A stretch of DNA of 64,000 nucleotides from Chiloscyllium plagiosum (Eukaryota). Numbering within the stretch: the stretch's first letter is position 1; each line of letters begins with the position of its first letter. Of the stretch, positions 1 to 11,669 are shown piece after piece. The notes beneath the pieces were generated by a model. That model had not been told where the DNA came from and searched no databases. It saw only the letters and a program-made list of their open reading frames with translations. The position numbers and the translations under genes are program-made. The stretch is taken from assembly GCF_004010195.1 (NCBI RefSeq), contig NC_057719.1:18257438-18321437 (forward strand). The letters run 5' to 3'.

Positions 1-905
1 TATGCTTCCTTCTTTTTCTTAATCAAACCCTCAATTTCTTTAGTCATCCAGCATTCCCTATACCTATCAGCCTTCCCTTTCACCCTGACAGGAATATACT
101 TTCTCTGGATTCTTGTTATCTCATTTCTGAAGGCTTCCCATTTTCCAGCCGTCCCTTTACCTGCGAACATCTGCCTCCAATCAGCTTTTGAAAGTTCTTG
201 CCTAATACTGTCAAAATTGGCCTTTCTCCAATTTAGAACTTCAACTTTTAGATCTGGTCTATCCTTTTCCATCACTATTTTAAATCGAATAGAATTATGG
301 TCGCTGGCCCCCCAAAGTGCTCCCCCACTGATACCTCAGTCACCTGCCCTGCCTTATTTCCCAAGAGTAGGTCAAGTTTTGCACCTTCTCTAGTAGGTAC
401 ATCCACATACTGAATCAGAAAATTGTCTTGTACACATTTAAGAAATTCCTCTCCATCTAAACCTTTAACACTGTGGCAATCCCAGTCGATGTTTGGAAAG
501 TTAAAATCCCCTACCATAACCATCCTATTATTCTTACAGATAGCTGAGATTTCCTTACAAGTTTGTTTTTCAATTTCCCTCTGACTATTGGGGGATCTAT
601 AATATAATCCCAATAAGGTGATCATCCCTTTCTTATTTCTCAGTACCACCCAAATGTACTTTCGGGAATATCCTCCCTCAGCACAGCTGTAATGCTATTC
701 CTTATCAAAAATGCCACTCCCCCTCCTCTCTTGCCTCCCTTTCTATCCTTCCTGTACCATTTGTATCCTGGAACATTAAGCTGCCAGTCCTGCCCATCCC
801 TGAGCCATGTTTCCGTAATTGCTATGATATCCCAGTCCCATGTTTCTAACCATGCCCTGAGTTCATCTGCCTCCCCTGTTAGGCCCCTTTTCATTGAAAT
901 AAATC
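1..905 (-). mobile_element. CR1-clade (HER1-like) LINE, ORF2 N-terminal AP-endonuclease region, frameshifted, running off the left edge
   Basis: Minus ORFs 640..894 and 275..649 give APE motifs: ELRAWLETWDWDIIAITETWL, RKDRKGGKRGGGVAFLI, GLYYRSPNS, MVGDFNFPNIDW, PTREGAKLDLLLGN. Confidence 0.95.
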
Positions 906-3263
906 TCTTGGTTGGAGAACGTTTTGGTAATAGTGATCACAACTCCCTGACTTTTACAATAGTCAAGGAGAGGGATAGGAGCAGACAGTATGGGAAAGAA
1001 TTTAGTTGGGGGGAGGGTGGATTACAATGCTATTTAGGCAGGAACTGTGGAGCATAAATTGGAGGCAGATATTCTCAGGGAAATGCACGACAGAAATGTG
1101 AAGGTTGTTGAGGGAGTACTTGCTGCAAGTGTTGGATAAGTTTGTCCCTCTGAGGCAAGGAAGGGGTGGTAGGGTGAAGAATTCTTGGATGGCATGAAGG
1201 AGATGTGGAACACCTAGTCAAGAGGAAGAAGGAAGGTTACTAAAGGTTGAGGAAGCAAGTATCAGACAGAACCTTAGGGGATTACAAGGTAGCCAGGAAG
1301 GAACTGAAGAATGGATTTAGGAGAGCTAGAAGGGGGCATGAGAAAGCTTTAGTGGATAGGATTAAGAAAAACCCTAAGGCGTTCTACACTTATGTGAGGA
1401 ACAAGAGGATGGCCAGAGTGAGGGTAGGGCTGATCAGGGTTAGTAGAGGGAACTTGTGCCTGGAGTTGGAGAAGGTAGAGGAGGTCCCTAATGAATACTT
1501 TGCTTTAGTATTCTTGGCTGAGGGGGACTTTGACATATTTGAGGACAGCTAGAAACAGACTGATATGCTAGAACAGTTTGATGTTAGGAAAGAGAATATG
1601 CTGAAACTTTTGAAAAACATAATGGTAGACAAATTCCCTGGGCCAGATGGGATATACCCTGGGTTACTATAGGAAGTGAGGGAAGAGATTGCTGTGCCTT
1701 TGGCGATGATCTTTGCATCCTCACTGTCCATTGGAGTAGTGCCAGATGGTTGGAGGGTGGCAAATGTTATTCCCTTGTTCAAGAAAGGGAATAAGAATAA
1801 TCCTGGGAATTACAGACCAGTCAGTCTTACATCAGCAGTGGGTAAAGTATTGGAGAGGATTCTAAAAGGCAGAATTTATGATTACTTGGAAAACTATAGT
1901 TGATTGAGATAGTCTTTATGGCTTTATGAGGGGCAGGTCATGCCTCACAAGTCTTATTGAATTCTTTGAGGATGTGACAAAACATATTGTAGAGCAGTGA
2001 ATGTGGTGTACATGGATCTTAGCAAGGCGTTTGATAAGGACCCCTTTCAGAAAGTAAGAAGGCATGAGATACAGGGAAATTTGGCTGCCTGGATACAGAA
2101 TTGCCTGGCCCATAGAAGACAGAGGGTGATTGGAGATGAAAAGTATTCAGCCTGGTGCTTGGTGACCAGTGGTGTTCTCCAGGGATCTGCTCTTTGTGAT
2201 TTTTATAAATGACTTGGATGAGAAAGTGGAAGGGTGGGTGAATACATTTTCCAATGACACAAAGGTTGGTGGAGTGGTGGATAGTGTGGAAGGCTGTTAA
2301 GTATTCAGCCTGGTGCTTGGTGACCAGTGGTGTTCTCCAGGGATCTGCTCTTTGTGATTTTTATAAATGACTTGGATGAGAAAGTGGAAGGGTGGGTGAA
2401 TACATTTGCCAATGACACAAAGGTGGGTGGAGTGGTGGATAGTGTGGAAGGCTGTTGTAGGTTGCAATGAGACATTGATAGGATGCAGAACGGGGCTGAT
2501 AAGAGGCATTTGGATTCAACCTGGAAAAGTGTGAAGTGATTCACTTTGGAAGGTTGAATTTGAATGCAGAATACTGGCTTAAAGGCAGGATCCTTGGCAG
2601 TGTGGAGGAACTGAGGGATCTTGGGGTCCATGTCCATAGATCCCTCAAAGTTGCCACCCAGGTTGATAGGGTTGTAAAGAAGGCATATAGTGTCTTGACT
2701 TTAATTAGTGGGGGATTGAGTTTAAGAGCCGCGACTGTGAACAGTTCTGGTCGCCTCATTAAAGGAAGAATGTGGAAGCTTTAGATACAGTGCAGAGGAG
2801 ATTTACCAGGATGCTGCCTGGACAGGAGGGCATGTCTTATGAAGAAAAGTTGAGGGAACTAAGGCTTTTCTCATTGAAGCAAAGAAGGATGAGAGGTGAC
2901 TTGATAGAGGTATATAGAATGATGAGAGGCTTAGAAAAGTGGATATCTGAGGCTTTTTCCCAGGACGGAAATGGCTATTATGAGGAGGCATAATTTTCTG
3001 GTGATAAGAGGAAGGTTTAGGGGACATGTCCAGGGTAGGTTCTTTACACAGAGAGCAGTGGGTGTGTGGAATGCATTGCCAGCAGTGATAGTAAAGTCAA
3101 ATATATTAGGGATATTTAAGTGACTCTTGGATAGGCACATGGATGATAGTAAAATGTAAGGTATGTAGGTTAGTTTGATCTTCGAGTCGGATTAAAGGTT
3201 AGAACACAGTCAAGGACTGAAGGACCTGTACTGTACTGTGCTGTACTGTTCTATATTCTATGT
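906..3263 (+). mobile_element. Decayed CR1 LINE: end of endonuclease, RT and 3' UTR with microsatellite tail
   Basis: Fragments VGERFGNSDHNSL, IKKNPKAFYTYV, WRVANVIPLFKKGNKNNPGNYRPVSLTS, VVYMDLSKAFDK, FANDTK (from FADDTK) and VQRRFTRMLPG, with many stops. Ends in (ctgta)n/ttctat. Confidence 0.95.
2141..2456 (+). repeat. 158-bp tandem duplication inside the CR1 RT region
   Basis: aagtattcagcc...gaaggctgtt occurs at 2141-2298 and 2299-2456, with 2 substitutions seen. Confidence 0.95.
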
Positions 3264-4705
3264 TTACTTGCTCTTGTATTAAAATATACAAAAATTGGAA
3301 TGTGCCATTATTTGACCACAGTGCTATCCATGCACAGCTTGTCCATGTCAGTTCCTCTCGAAATGGGCAGTCTGTAAAGTTGGCACTGCCACTTTACTGT
3401 TTTGACAGTACTGCTGAACAAAGCATCTCCCACGACGACCTTCCAGGTAGTCTACTATCAATGTCAAAGAGCATGAACAAGACTGGCAGATGATAACTTG
3501 GGCTGCAGACCCAGACAAACTGAGACTGAGGACCCTTTTTTTTGTTGTTTTTGTGTGCGCATAACCTCTGCCCTATCTTGTGGTATGAAACAATGTTCTT
3601 TGCCAGATTCAGAAACTCATTGCAACACCTCCAAACCCAATCCAACCCACCTTTGGACACTTTACAATTGTAGATTCCTGACACATTCAGAAATAATAGT
3701 GGAGTATCAACCTTGCAGTCAGATTTTCCCATTGCAGGTGGGAATTAGGAGGCAGGATTACTTCTACAATACATTCCTGCCTTCATCTCCTGTGTGAGGT
3801 GTGAAGGATAGAAATCAGAATCACAGAATGAACGAGTTGACCAAAACTCTGACTCATGATCAATTTGGAGAATGGAACATGTTATCTGTAATTGCTGGGG
3901 AAAAAAATAACTAGTTTTGTTGAAGCCACTCAGAGGGTGCTGCTTTCAAGCCTGAAAGACTAATTTGCTTCTCACATAAATGAGTAATCTGGTATATGAA
4001 TTTCAGTGACGGTGTGATGCCAGTCAATTGGGGCATGCATCTCAAAGACTGGCTGATCATACTGCACAGTATCTGCCTGTAACTGTTCACAACATGCCAT
4101 GTGCTGACCATACTCAATCAGCCCATGCTTGCAGAACCAACAACACAATGTCCAACGTAAATGTGACTCCACACTTTGACAGCATATGCTGGATAATCTT
4201 GAATATACAAGAAATTAAATTGGCAACTAATGCAAGTTTTCTAGTCTGGCTCTGAGTGTAAACTGGAAGGAGATATGGACTTGTCTCTGACCTTGCAGTT
4301 CTACACAGCTTGTGAGATTGAAAATTTAAGATAAAGAGGTTGTTGGATAAACTTGCACCCGATGCCCAAGAGTGAGATGGTATGACTGAGGCACTCTTGG
4401 AAAGCACAGCACTGCGGCATGGTCACTACAGTCAGATGCAGAAGAATAGGGACCAGTCATCTCCAAATCCAGGCCTACAATCTGCACCAGTCATGATCAG
4501 CCACATGGGCAATTGTAAGTTTCAATTGTAATTCATAAAGATTCTAACACTTTGTTGATTTATTAAATTAATGATTTATAGGTTGAGTTGAACCCTGTTT
4601 GAGATGTGCATATTGTTCTTGTAATTCATGGGTCTATGAATCTCAGTGAGATGGAAGGGAACATAATCTTTTGCAAGTGAAGCACAATTTTTGTGGGGCC
4701 GAGGA

Positions 4706-4940
4706 TATGTGAGTGTTTGTGTCTGTATGTGCATGTGTGTGCCTGTGTGCATATGTATCTGTGTGTGTGTATGTGTGTGTGTCTGTGTGTCTGTCCGTGT
4801 GTGCATATGTGTGTGTGCGTGTGTGTGTGCATATGTATGTATGTGTTTCTGTGTCCGAGTGTGTCTGTGTCCGTGTGTGTGTGCATATGTATGTATGTAT
4901 TTCTGTGTCCGAGTGTGTCTGTGTGTGTGTGTCTGTGTAT
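4706..4940. repeat. Compound (TG)n/(TATG) microsatellite
   Basis: Directly visible; produces spurious HT/CV-rich ORFs. Confidence 0.95.
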
Positions 4941-5159
4941 GAGTCTGATGCTCTAAATATAACAGGACGATCTTCACAATGCACATGATGAGCTGCAATA
5001 TGAGCTAAGCTAGGGAAAGGTTGATTAATAAAGTTTTGCACCTGCTATGTTATTTCTTTTTGTCCAAAATTTCATTTTATTGCACTAAATAAAACACTTT
5101 TAGCACTGTCACCCCGGCATGCCCCAACTCAGTGCTATTCAGTCTCACATAGCTCCACA

Positions 5160-5777
5160 TTGCATTCAGTACTGGAATTGGGAGGTCATGTTGTGGCTGT
5201 ACAGGACACTCTTTAGGCCACTTTTGGAATACTGTGTGCAATTCTGGTCTCCATCCTATAGGAATGATGTTGCAAAACTTGAAAGGGTTCAGAAAAGACT
5301 TACAAGGATGTTGCCAGGGTTGGAGAGTTTGACTACAGGGAGAGGCTGAATAGACTGGGGCTGTTTTCCCTGGAGCATCAGAGGCTGAGGGGTGACCTTA
5401 TAGAGGTTTATAAAATCAAGTGGGGCATGGATAGGGTAAGTAGACAAGGTCTTTTCCCTGGGGTAGGGGAATCCAAAACAAAAGGGCATAGGTTTAAGGT
5501 GAAAGGGGAAAGATTTCAAAGGGATCTAATGGACAAGTTTTTCATGCAAACGGTGGTGCATGTATGGAATGAGTTGCCAGAGGTAGTGGTGGAGGCTGGT
5601 ACATTTACAACATTTAAAAGACATCCAGATGGTTATATGAATAGGAAGGGTTTGGAGGGATATGGGTGAAGTGCTGGCAAATGGGACGAGATTAGGTTAG
5701 GATACCTGGTCGACATGGGTGAGTTGGACCGAAGGGTCTTTTTCGGTGCTGTACATCTCTATGACTCTATGACTCTA
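5160..5777 (+). mobile_element. CR1 (HER1-like) 3' fragment
   Basis: LYRTLFRPLLEYCVQFWSPSYRNDVAKLERVQKRLTRMLPG; tail ctctatgactctatgactcta. Confidence 0.93.
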
Positions 5778-5965
5778 AATGGCCTCTCATCCCACAAACA
5801 TTTTAGCAAATGAGAAGGTTAGCTCTTAATGAGTTCTCAGTTAATTAGTTGTTAATGTAACAGCTCCCCCCACCACACCACAGCATCATTTAGCCTCCCT
5901 CTTCTTCAGACAGACAGTGCACTGCAGGGCATCAGTGCCATTTAGTCTTTGCCATCCACCCTCTA

Positions 5966-6077
5966 ATCTGATATGAAAACTGAAATTGCTGGAGAAACTC
6001 AGCAGGTCTGGCAGCATCTGTGGAGAGAGAGAAAAATAGAGTTAATGCTTTGAGTCCAGTGACTCTTCTTCAGAACA
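5966..6077 (-). mobile_element. PLE-derived short element, family A, with decayed hammerhead motif
   Basis: Minus strand GUU-CUGAAGA-A-GAGUC-ACUG-GACUC-AAAG-CAUU-AAC; body homologous to the copies at 11267, 47408, 47898 and 56032. Confidence 0.75.
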
Positions 6078-7002
6078 GTTCTGCCATGACTCAAGATGGA
6101 AAAATCCCACCCTTGTGGGTGATGTGTAAATTTGTTGCATGGACCTACAGATTCTGATTTAGTAAGCAAGCATCACATCAGCCTGTGAGTTTTTAATGTC
6201 ACAGTGCCACACATTCAGTACTTATAGAGGATAGATGTGTAAGCTGGATGGGCAGGAGGACCTTTTTCTATGCTATAGGTCTTTATGAATGTGACACTTT
6301 TCTCAAGGATGATCAGCCTCAGCAGCACTATCTCTGCTAAAGCTATTAATTTACACTTTGTGTCCCATACTTCAACTATTGAATCTTCTTCGCTATTTTA
6401 AATATGGTGTTCTTGCCTTGTCTTGCTATATTCAGAGAATACATTGCCTACACCCTTGCATCTCTGTTCATGCATCCTTTTTAAAATTATAACATTTAGT
6501 TTTTGTTGCCTCTTCTCATTTTGTATACCAAAATGAATCATTGTCACACTTTTCTGCTCAACGTTTTATCTACGAATGGTTTCAATCCTGACGTCCTGCA
6601 TTCTGTTACTTTCATTCTCACAGGTTACTGCACTTCAGTTTTCTGTCATTTGACAACTTTGAGTTTACATCCTATATATCCAAAGCTAGGTAAGGGAGAA
6701 CAATATTCCTAGTATTGATTTCTGGGACAATAACTGTATACTTCTTTGTACTTTAAAATGCATCCAGTCACCATACTCTGTTTTCTGTGCCTGAGCCAAT
6801 TTTGTTTCCATGCTGGCACAGCCCACAGATTCCACGCACCAAAGTTTTACGAACAAACCTATTATGTAGTACTTTATGAAATGCCTTTACAAGTCCAATA
6901 TGATTTTTCTGTGTATCCAACTTGAAATGTTAGCTTCTTCACAAGCCCTTTTTGTGCAGTGCTTATCAACGAAGTAGGCTAAATAGTCAGAAATAAGTGT
7001 AT

Positions 7003-7084
7003 AAATTCACACAACACCAGGTTATAGTCCAACAGGTTTATTTGGAAGCACTAACTTTCAGAGCACTACTTCTTCATCAGGTGG
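7003..7084 (-). mobile_element. PLE-derived short element, family B, with decayed hammerhead
   Basis: cacacaacaccaggttatagtccaacagg...cttcatcaggtg, homologous to 14685 and 32531. Confidence 0.75.
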
Positions 7085-7089
7085 ATCAA

Positions 7090-7870
7090 CTTATGGTTGG
7101 AAGCATGTGGGGAGACCAAGACCGCAATTCTAAATTGACTACAGGAGCAGAGAGACCTGAGCATATGTCTACATAAATCAGTAAGGGTGGTAGGAAAGGC
7201 TAGGAGTGCAACTTATCAATGGTACAATATCTTAGACTTTAGTAATGGTAGTATAGAATACAAACAGTAGGAGGTTATGTTCAATCAGGAGAAAGCACTG
7301 AAAATATTTTAAAAACGGTTTCAAACACAAGAAATTTCAGTAGATAGATCTGAGAAGTTATGATTATATTCCTTGGAACAGAGAAGATCAAGGAGGAACT
7401 TGATGGAGATATTCAAAGCCATGAGTGACTGGACAGATTAGACAGAGAAAAATCTCCCATTGGTGAAAGGATGGAGAGCAATAGGGCACAAAATAAAACA
7501 ATTGACAGGAAGGGCAATACTTCAATGAGTGAAAACATTGACATACGAGTTTTGTGATCTGGAATGCACTGAGAATGTGATTCAATCAAAGCATTATAGA
7601 GGGGATTTGATTAATATCTGAGAAGGCAGACTGCACAGTGTTTTGGGAGAAGGCCAGGGCCTTGCACTAGATTCCTGATGAAGGGCATTTCCCCGAAACA
7701 TTGATACTCCTGCTCCTCGGATGCTGCCTGACCTGCTGTTCTTTTCCAGCACTATACTCTCGACTCTGATCTCCAGCATCTGCAGTCCTCACTTTGGACT
7801 ACGTAAGTTACTCCTATGGAAACGCAAAAACTGGCCAAATGACCTCCTTCTGCACTGCATCCATTCTGAG
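7090..7870 (+). mobile_element. Old CR1 3' fragment, interrupted by a PLE-derived element
   Basis: Degenerate CR1 3' motifs (ccttggaacagagaag...ggaacttgatggagatattcaaa; ctggccaaatgacctccttctgcactg). Confidence 0.7.
7671..7795 (+). mobile_element. PLE-derived short element, family C, with hammerhead motif
   Basis: AUUC-CUGAUGA-A-GGG-CAUUUC-CCC-GAAA-CAUU-GA, followed by the family C body ctcctcggatgctgcctgacctgctg. Confidence 0.8.
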
Positions 7871-8896
7871 AACACAAGCGTAACTACCATTTAATCAGAA
7901 GGCGATGTGGGCTAAAATCACAATAATAGATTATTGATCCTGAATCCCATTATCTGATTTAATGCCTATCAATTTTTTGGGCTGGGACGCTTTTAAAAAG
8001 GGACGCGCTTAAAAACACTGACTTGAAGTGGCCAAAAGCATCACCTAACCCATAGGTTGACCAAATTTCCTGAAGGTAATATGGACTCAACAAAAGACAG
8101 CCTAATCCAATTTAATATTTTCCCCAAGGGTCAATGAGACTGGTTAATCAGGTTCCTATGGAAAATGTGAGCTGGCTATCATCCCCTAATAGGTTTACAC
8201 CAATATGAGAATTTTTAAATGTTGGAGATGGGGCCTTGCCTACAATTGTGAAGCCTCAAAAGTTAACCTTTGTTGACATGGAATGTACAAACAAGCTACC
8301 ATTTCAACTGATGCCATACTGCCAGAACAGAGGAGATAGTCTTCTGGCTATAGAATTGAGGCAGTAAGGAGATCTCTCTTTCTCTCTCTCTCTGTGTCTC
8401 TCGTCTTCTCTCTCTCTGTCTCTCTTACTCTCTTTCAAGAAGAAGAACCTGGTGATAAAATTGAAGAAAAAAATCTGGATACTGTAAATTTAAAACAAAC
8501 TGCAATGTTTACTTCTGACAGTCTATCAAACTGTAATGTCAGGCTAAACTTATACCTTAAAGACATTCAAAGGACCCTAATTGGTATGCTTTTCAAAAAT
8601 CTTTCTTTTGCTTTCGATAATATTCCTTAATACCTCAATACATTGGTGTACATCTGTCTGAGAGTACCCAAAGATCATATGTTTGATGTCATGCCTGTAT
8701 TATTTTGCTCAGGGTTAACAAGAAACAAACCTGTTCTCTAATTAATTCAAGAAAACCTTACAATTAGTTCTTTATTTTGACAGAGGTGAGCCGCATTCAG
8801 CCAAGGTAAGAGTTCAAGTTTACTTTTTAAAAGAAGAAACTTAAACGATTTTCTACTTAGGTTAAGTCTAGAGTAAAACATCCGTTTAATAAGAGT

Positions 8897-9400
8897 ATGG
8901 CAGGGGAACTCAGTCCCATGTGATGAACAGTCTACACTACATGGGATGGTGTAGATGCTCCTGGCAGTCTAGATGATGACATCTGCAGGAATTGTCATCA
9001 GTTTGATCAGCTTCAGCACTAGGTTCCCATGCGTGAGCATCAGACGGAGGCACAGCAATGCATCTGAGTGGCAGACCGCTACATGGAGAGCACATTTTTT
9101 GATGTGATTACCCCACAATAAAGGATTTAGAGAAGGAATGGGTGCTTGCGAGTCCGAAGAAGGGAGGCAGGTACGGAGTCAGGAATTTGACAGTTGTCTC
9201 TAACTTGGCAGACAAGGGGAAATTAATGCAGCTCTTTACAGACAGGAACCTGGTGGGCCTGGTGGATGGGCGGTGCAGAGAAAGAGGGTTCATCATCCCT
9301 TCAGGGCCAGCAATGGAGGCCACAGCACTAGACCCTGCCTTCCTCATTTGAGGTAGTCCTTGGAGTCAGTGTAGTCTTGACTGTATGCACCTCACTTCCC
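8897..9400 (+). pseudogene. CR1 ORF1 N-terminal remnant (zinc-finger/coiled-coil region)
   Basis: Manual translation from ATG 8897: MAGELSPM**TVYTTWDGVDAPGSLDDDICRNCHQFDQLQH*VPMREHQTEAQQCI*VADRYMESTFFDVITPQ. This resembles the CR1 ORF1 pattern CxxCxMW...DD.xCxxC...L...TF..VVTPQ. Confidence 0.7.
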
Positions 9401-9427
9401 GTTCAACAGGACCTCCAGAGTCAATTG

Positions 9428-9635
9428 AGGGGCAAATGTTTCACACAGAAGATAGTTTGCATGTAGAATGAACTTCCTGACAAAGTGGCAGATGTGGACA
9501 CAAATGCTACATTTAAAAAACATTCAGATAAGTACTTGAGTAAGAAAGGTTTTGGAGAGATATGGGCCAGGAGCAGGTAGATGGGACTGCTTTAGTTTGG
9601 GCTGGTTGGACCAAAGGGTCTGTTCCTATGACTGC
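9428..9635 (+). mobile_element. CR1 3' UTR fragment
   Basis: aggggcaaatgtttcacacagaag...ttggaccaaagggtctgttcctatgact, homologous to the 5160-5777 tail. Confidence 0.8.
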
Positions 9636-9919
9636 GTATTGTAGGGTAGTTAACTGTGTTTCGCAGGAGGAATTCTCATGTCTTCTCCCTGAATTTCCTG
9701 GAACAGGTTCCAAACTGTATGATGCCTTTCTGATATTGACTCCTGATATTTCTGGAAACATCCCTAATTCCCATGTTCCCCTGTGCCTTTATGTAAAAGT
9801 ATTCTGAAAGCTCAAGAAGGACTAAAAGGAAATGTTGGCAGCATGCATCAAATCAGAAAGTATCCCATATCTAGCATTCTGAAAGTAGGACAAATTCTCC
9901 CCATTGCCTGTCCACCATC

Positions 9920-10770
9920 TACATGTCAGAAGTCTGGAGTGTGATAGAATACTGTCCACTTGCCTGTATGGGTGAAGTTCTAACAATACCTTTAAAGTTT
10001 GAAACTATCCAGGACAAAGCTTGATTGGCACCACATCCACGATCATGCACTCTCTCCACCACCAATGCTCACTAACAACAGTGAATACCATTGCCAAGAT
10101 ACATTTTTAAAAAAATCACTCACATGATGTGTGTGTCACTAGCTAGGCCAGCACTCAATACCCACCCCTAATTGCTCAGAGGCAGCTAAGAGTCAACGCA
10201 TTGTTGTGGGTCTGGAGTCACACGTAGGCCAGAGCAGGTGAGGATTTCTGAAGGTTGCTAGTGAGCCAGATGGGTTTTTCTGAGAATTGACAATAGTTTC
10301 ATGATCATCAGTAGATTCTTAATTCCAGATTTTTAAAAAATTAATTCAAATTCCATCATCTGCCATGGCAGGATTCAAACCCGGGTCCCCAAATATTAAA
10401 TGAGCTTCTGGATTAATAGTCTAGCCATAATACCAGCTGCCATTGCCTCCCCGTTTAGTGGTATACATTGTAGTAACTCACCATGGTTCTTCCAATAGCG
10501 CCTTCCAAACCTATAACCTCTATTGCATAGAAATCAAAGGCAGCAGGTAAATGGAAACATGACAACTTGCAAGTTCCCCTCACACACCATTTTACCCTGG
10601 AGCGATATTGCCTTACCTTTACTATTGCTGGATCAAAATCCTAGAACTCCCTTCCTAACAGCACTGTGAGTGTTCCTACACCCCAATGACTGCAGTTATC
10701 CAGGAAGGCACCTGTCTGTTCCCTACGACAGGGCAATTAGATAATGGGCAATAAATGCTGGCCTGGGCAG
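9920..10770 (+). mobile_element. Old CR1/L2-type LINE 3' fragment, split by a SINE
   Basis: Ends gggcaattagataatgggcaataaatgctggcct; homologous to 11670-12440 (KLDTIQDKAAH) and 50972-51430. Confidence 0.7.
10106..10452 (-). mobile_element. tRNA-derived SINE, second family
   Basis: Minus strand has a tRNA-like head with B-box-like GGTTTGAATCC and a 3' tail matching the host LINE tail. atacatt is repeated at 10099-10105 and 10463-10469. Confidence 0.8.
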
Positions 10771-11266
10771 CATAGGGCAGCATGACTGTTTTGAGATGTA
10801 AGCTGTTGTCACATCTTGTATCACTAAGATATTTCCCATATTCTACTCCCTATCTAAGAAGTCTTCTTCGTTATTATTTTTCTCGTGGATAATAAATGAT
10901 ACAGTGCAAAACTGCCAAACTGATCTGCAGTAACACCAATGCTGTGTCTACACGATTTTGAGATCATGTTTTTGGAACATGAATACCATATTGGCAATCT
11001 CAGTACTTAGACAGCTGAGTACAAATGAAGGGAGTGGAACAATGTTGCTTTGAAGTGATAGCAAGTATAAAGTTGAATGAGTTCTGTAAACCCCATACTC
11101 AGCTAAATTCCAGTGGGATCAGTGAGCACTGTTAATGAGTCAATGGCTTAGACATCAGTATTTTTACTAACAAAACAATTGAAATGTGTGGCATCTTCTC
11201 ACATCTGGACAGACACGACTAGTTGCCAGTAATTAAGTAATGTAGCACATTCAGAATGGTCCTGTA

Positions 11267-11481
11267 AAAAACAAAAGAACTGCCAATGCGAGAATTCAGA
11301 AACAAAATCAGAAATTGCTGGAAAATCTCAGTAGGTCTGGCAGCATCTGTGAAGAGAAATGAAAGTTAACTTTTCAGGTTTGGTGACACTTCCTCAGAAC
11401 TGTTCTGAAATGTTAACTTTGATTTGAGTTCACAGATGTTGCCAGACCTGCTGAGTTTTTTCCAGCAGCCTCTGTTTTTGT
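11267..11481. mobile_element. PLE-derived family A fold-back (inverted-repeat) element
   Basis: Arms cagaaattgctggaaaatctcagtaggtctggcagcatctgtgaa and ttcacagatgttgccagacctgctgagttttttccagcag; 17-bp TSD ttcagaatggtcctgta at 11250-11266 and 11482-11498. Confidence 0.85.
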
Positions 11482-11669
11482 TTCAGAATGGTCCTGTACT
11501 CAGGCCTATATGGTGGGTCCTCTTTCCTATAGACGTGGGTCCTTTTTCACTATAGATATACTCCTTGCCTTTTCCATTCAGGTGATAATTTGATGTTCTA
11601 GACTTCCTGAGCATTTTTAATTAAACTGTGTTTTCATCCCACTGAATTGAATAAAAATCCCAACACTTA

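Noticed and set aside
906..3263. Functional reverse transcriptase gene
   Set aside because: Many stops and frameshifts, and the catalytic FADD has become FAND/FSND.
1..3263. Twin-priming 5' inversion of a single LINE
   Set aside because: The two halves overlap in homologous region and differ in sequence, so they are different subfamilies.
4576..5041. Six overlapping HT- or CV-rich ORFs
   Set aside because: They are translations of a (TG)n microsatellite.
7906..8790. Possible solo LTR around the (CT)n tract at 8375-8435
   Set aside because: No convincing TG...CA termini or TSD; the apparent end at ~8929 is CR1 ORF1 sequence.
11267..11481. Fold-back elements as miRNA precursors or classic MITEs
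   Set aside because: Asymmetric arms, variable long TSDs and single-arm relatives fit PLE-type retrotransposition; no small-RNA evidence is available.
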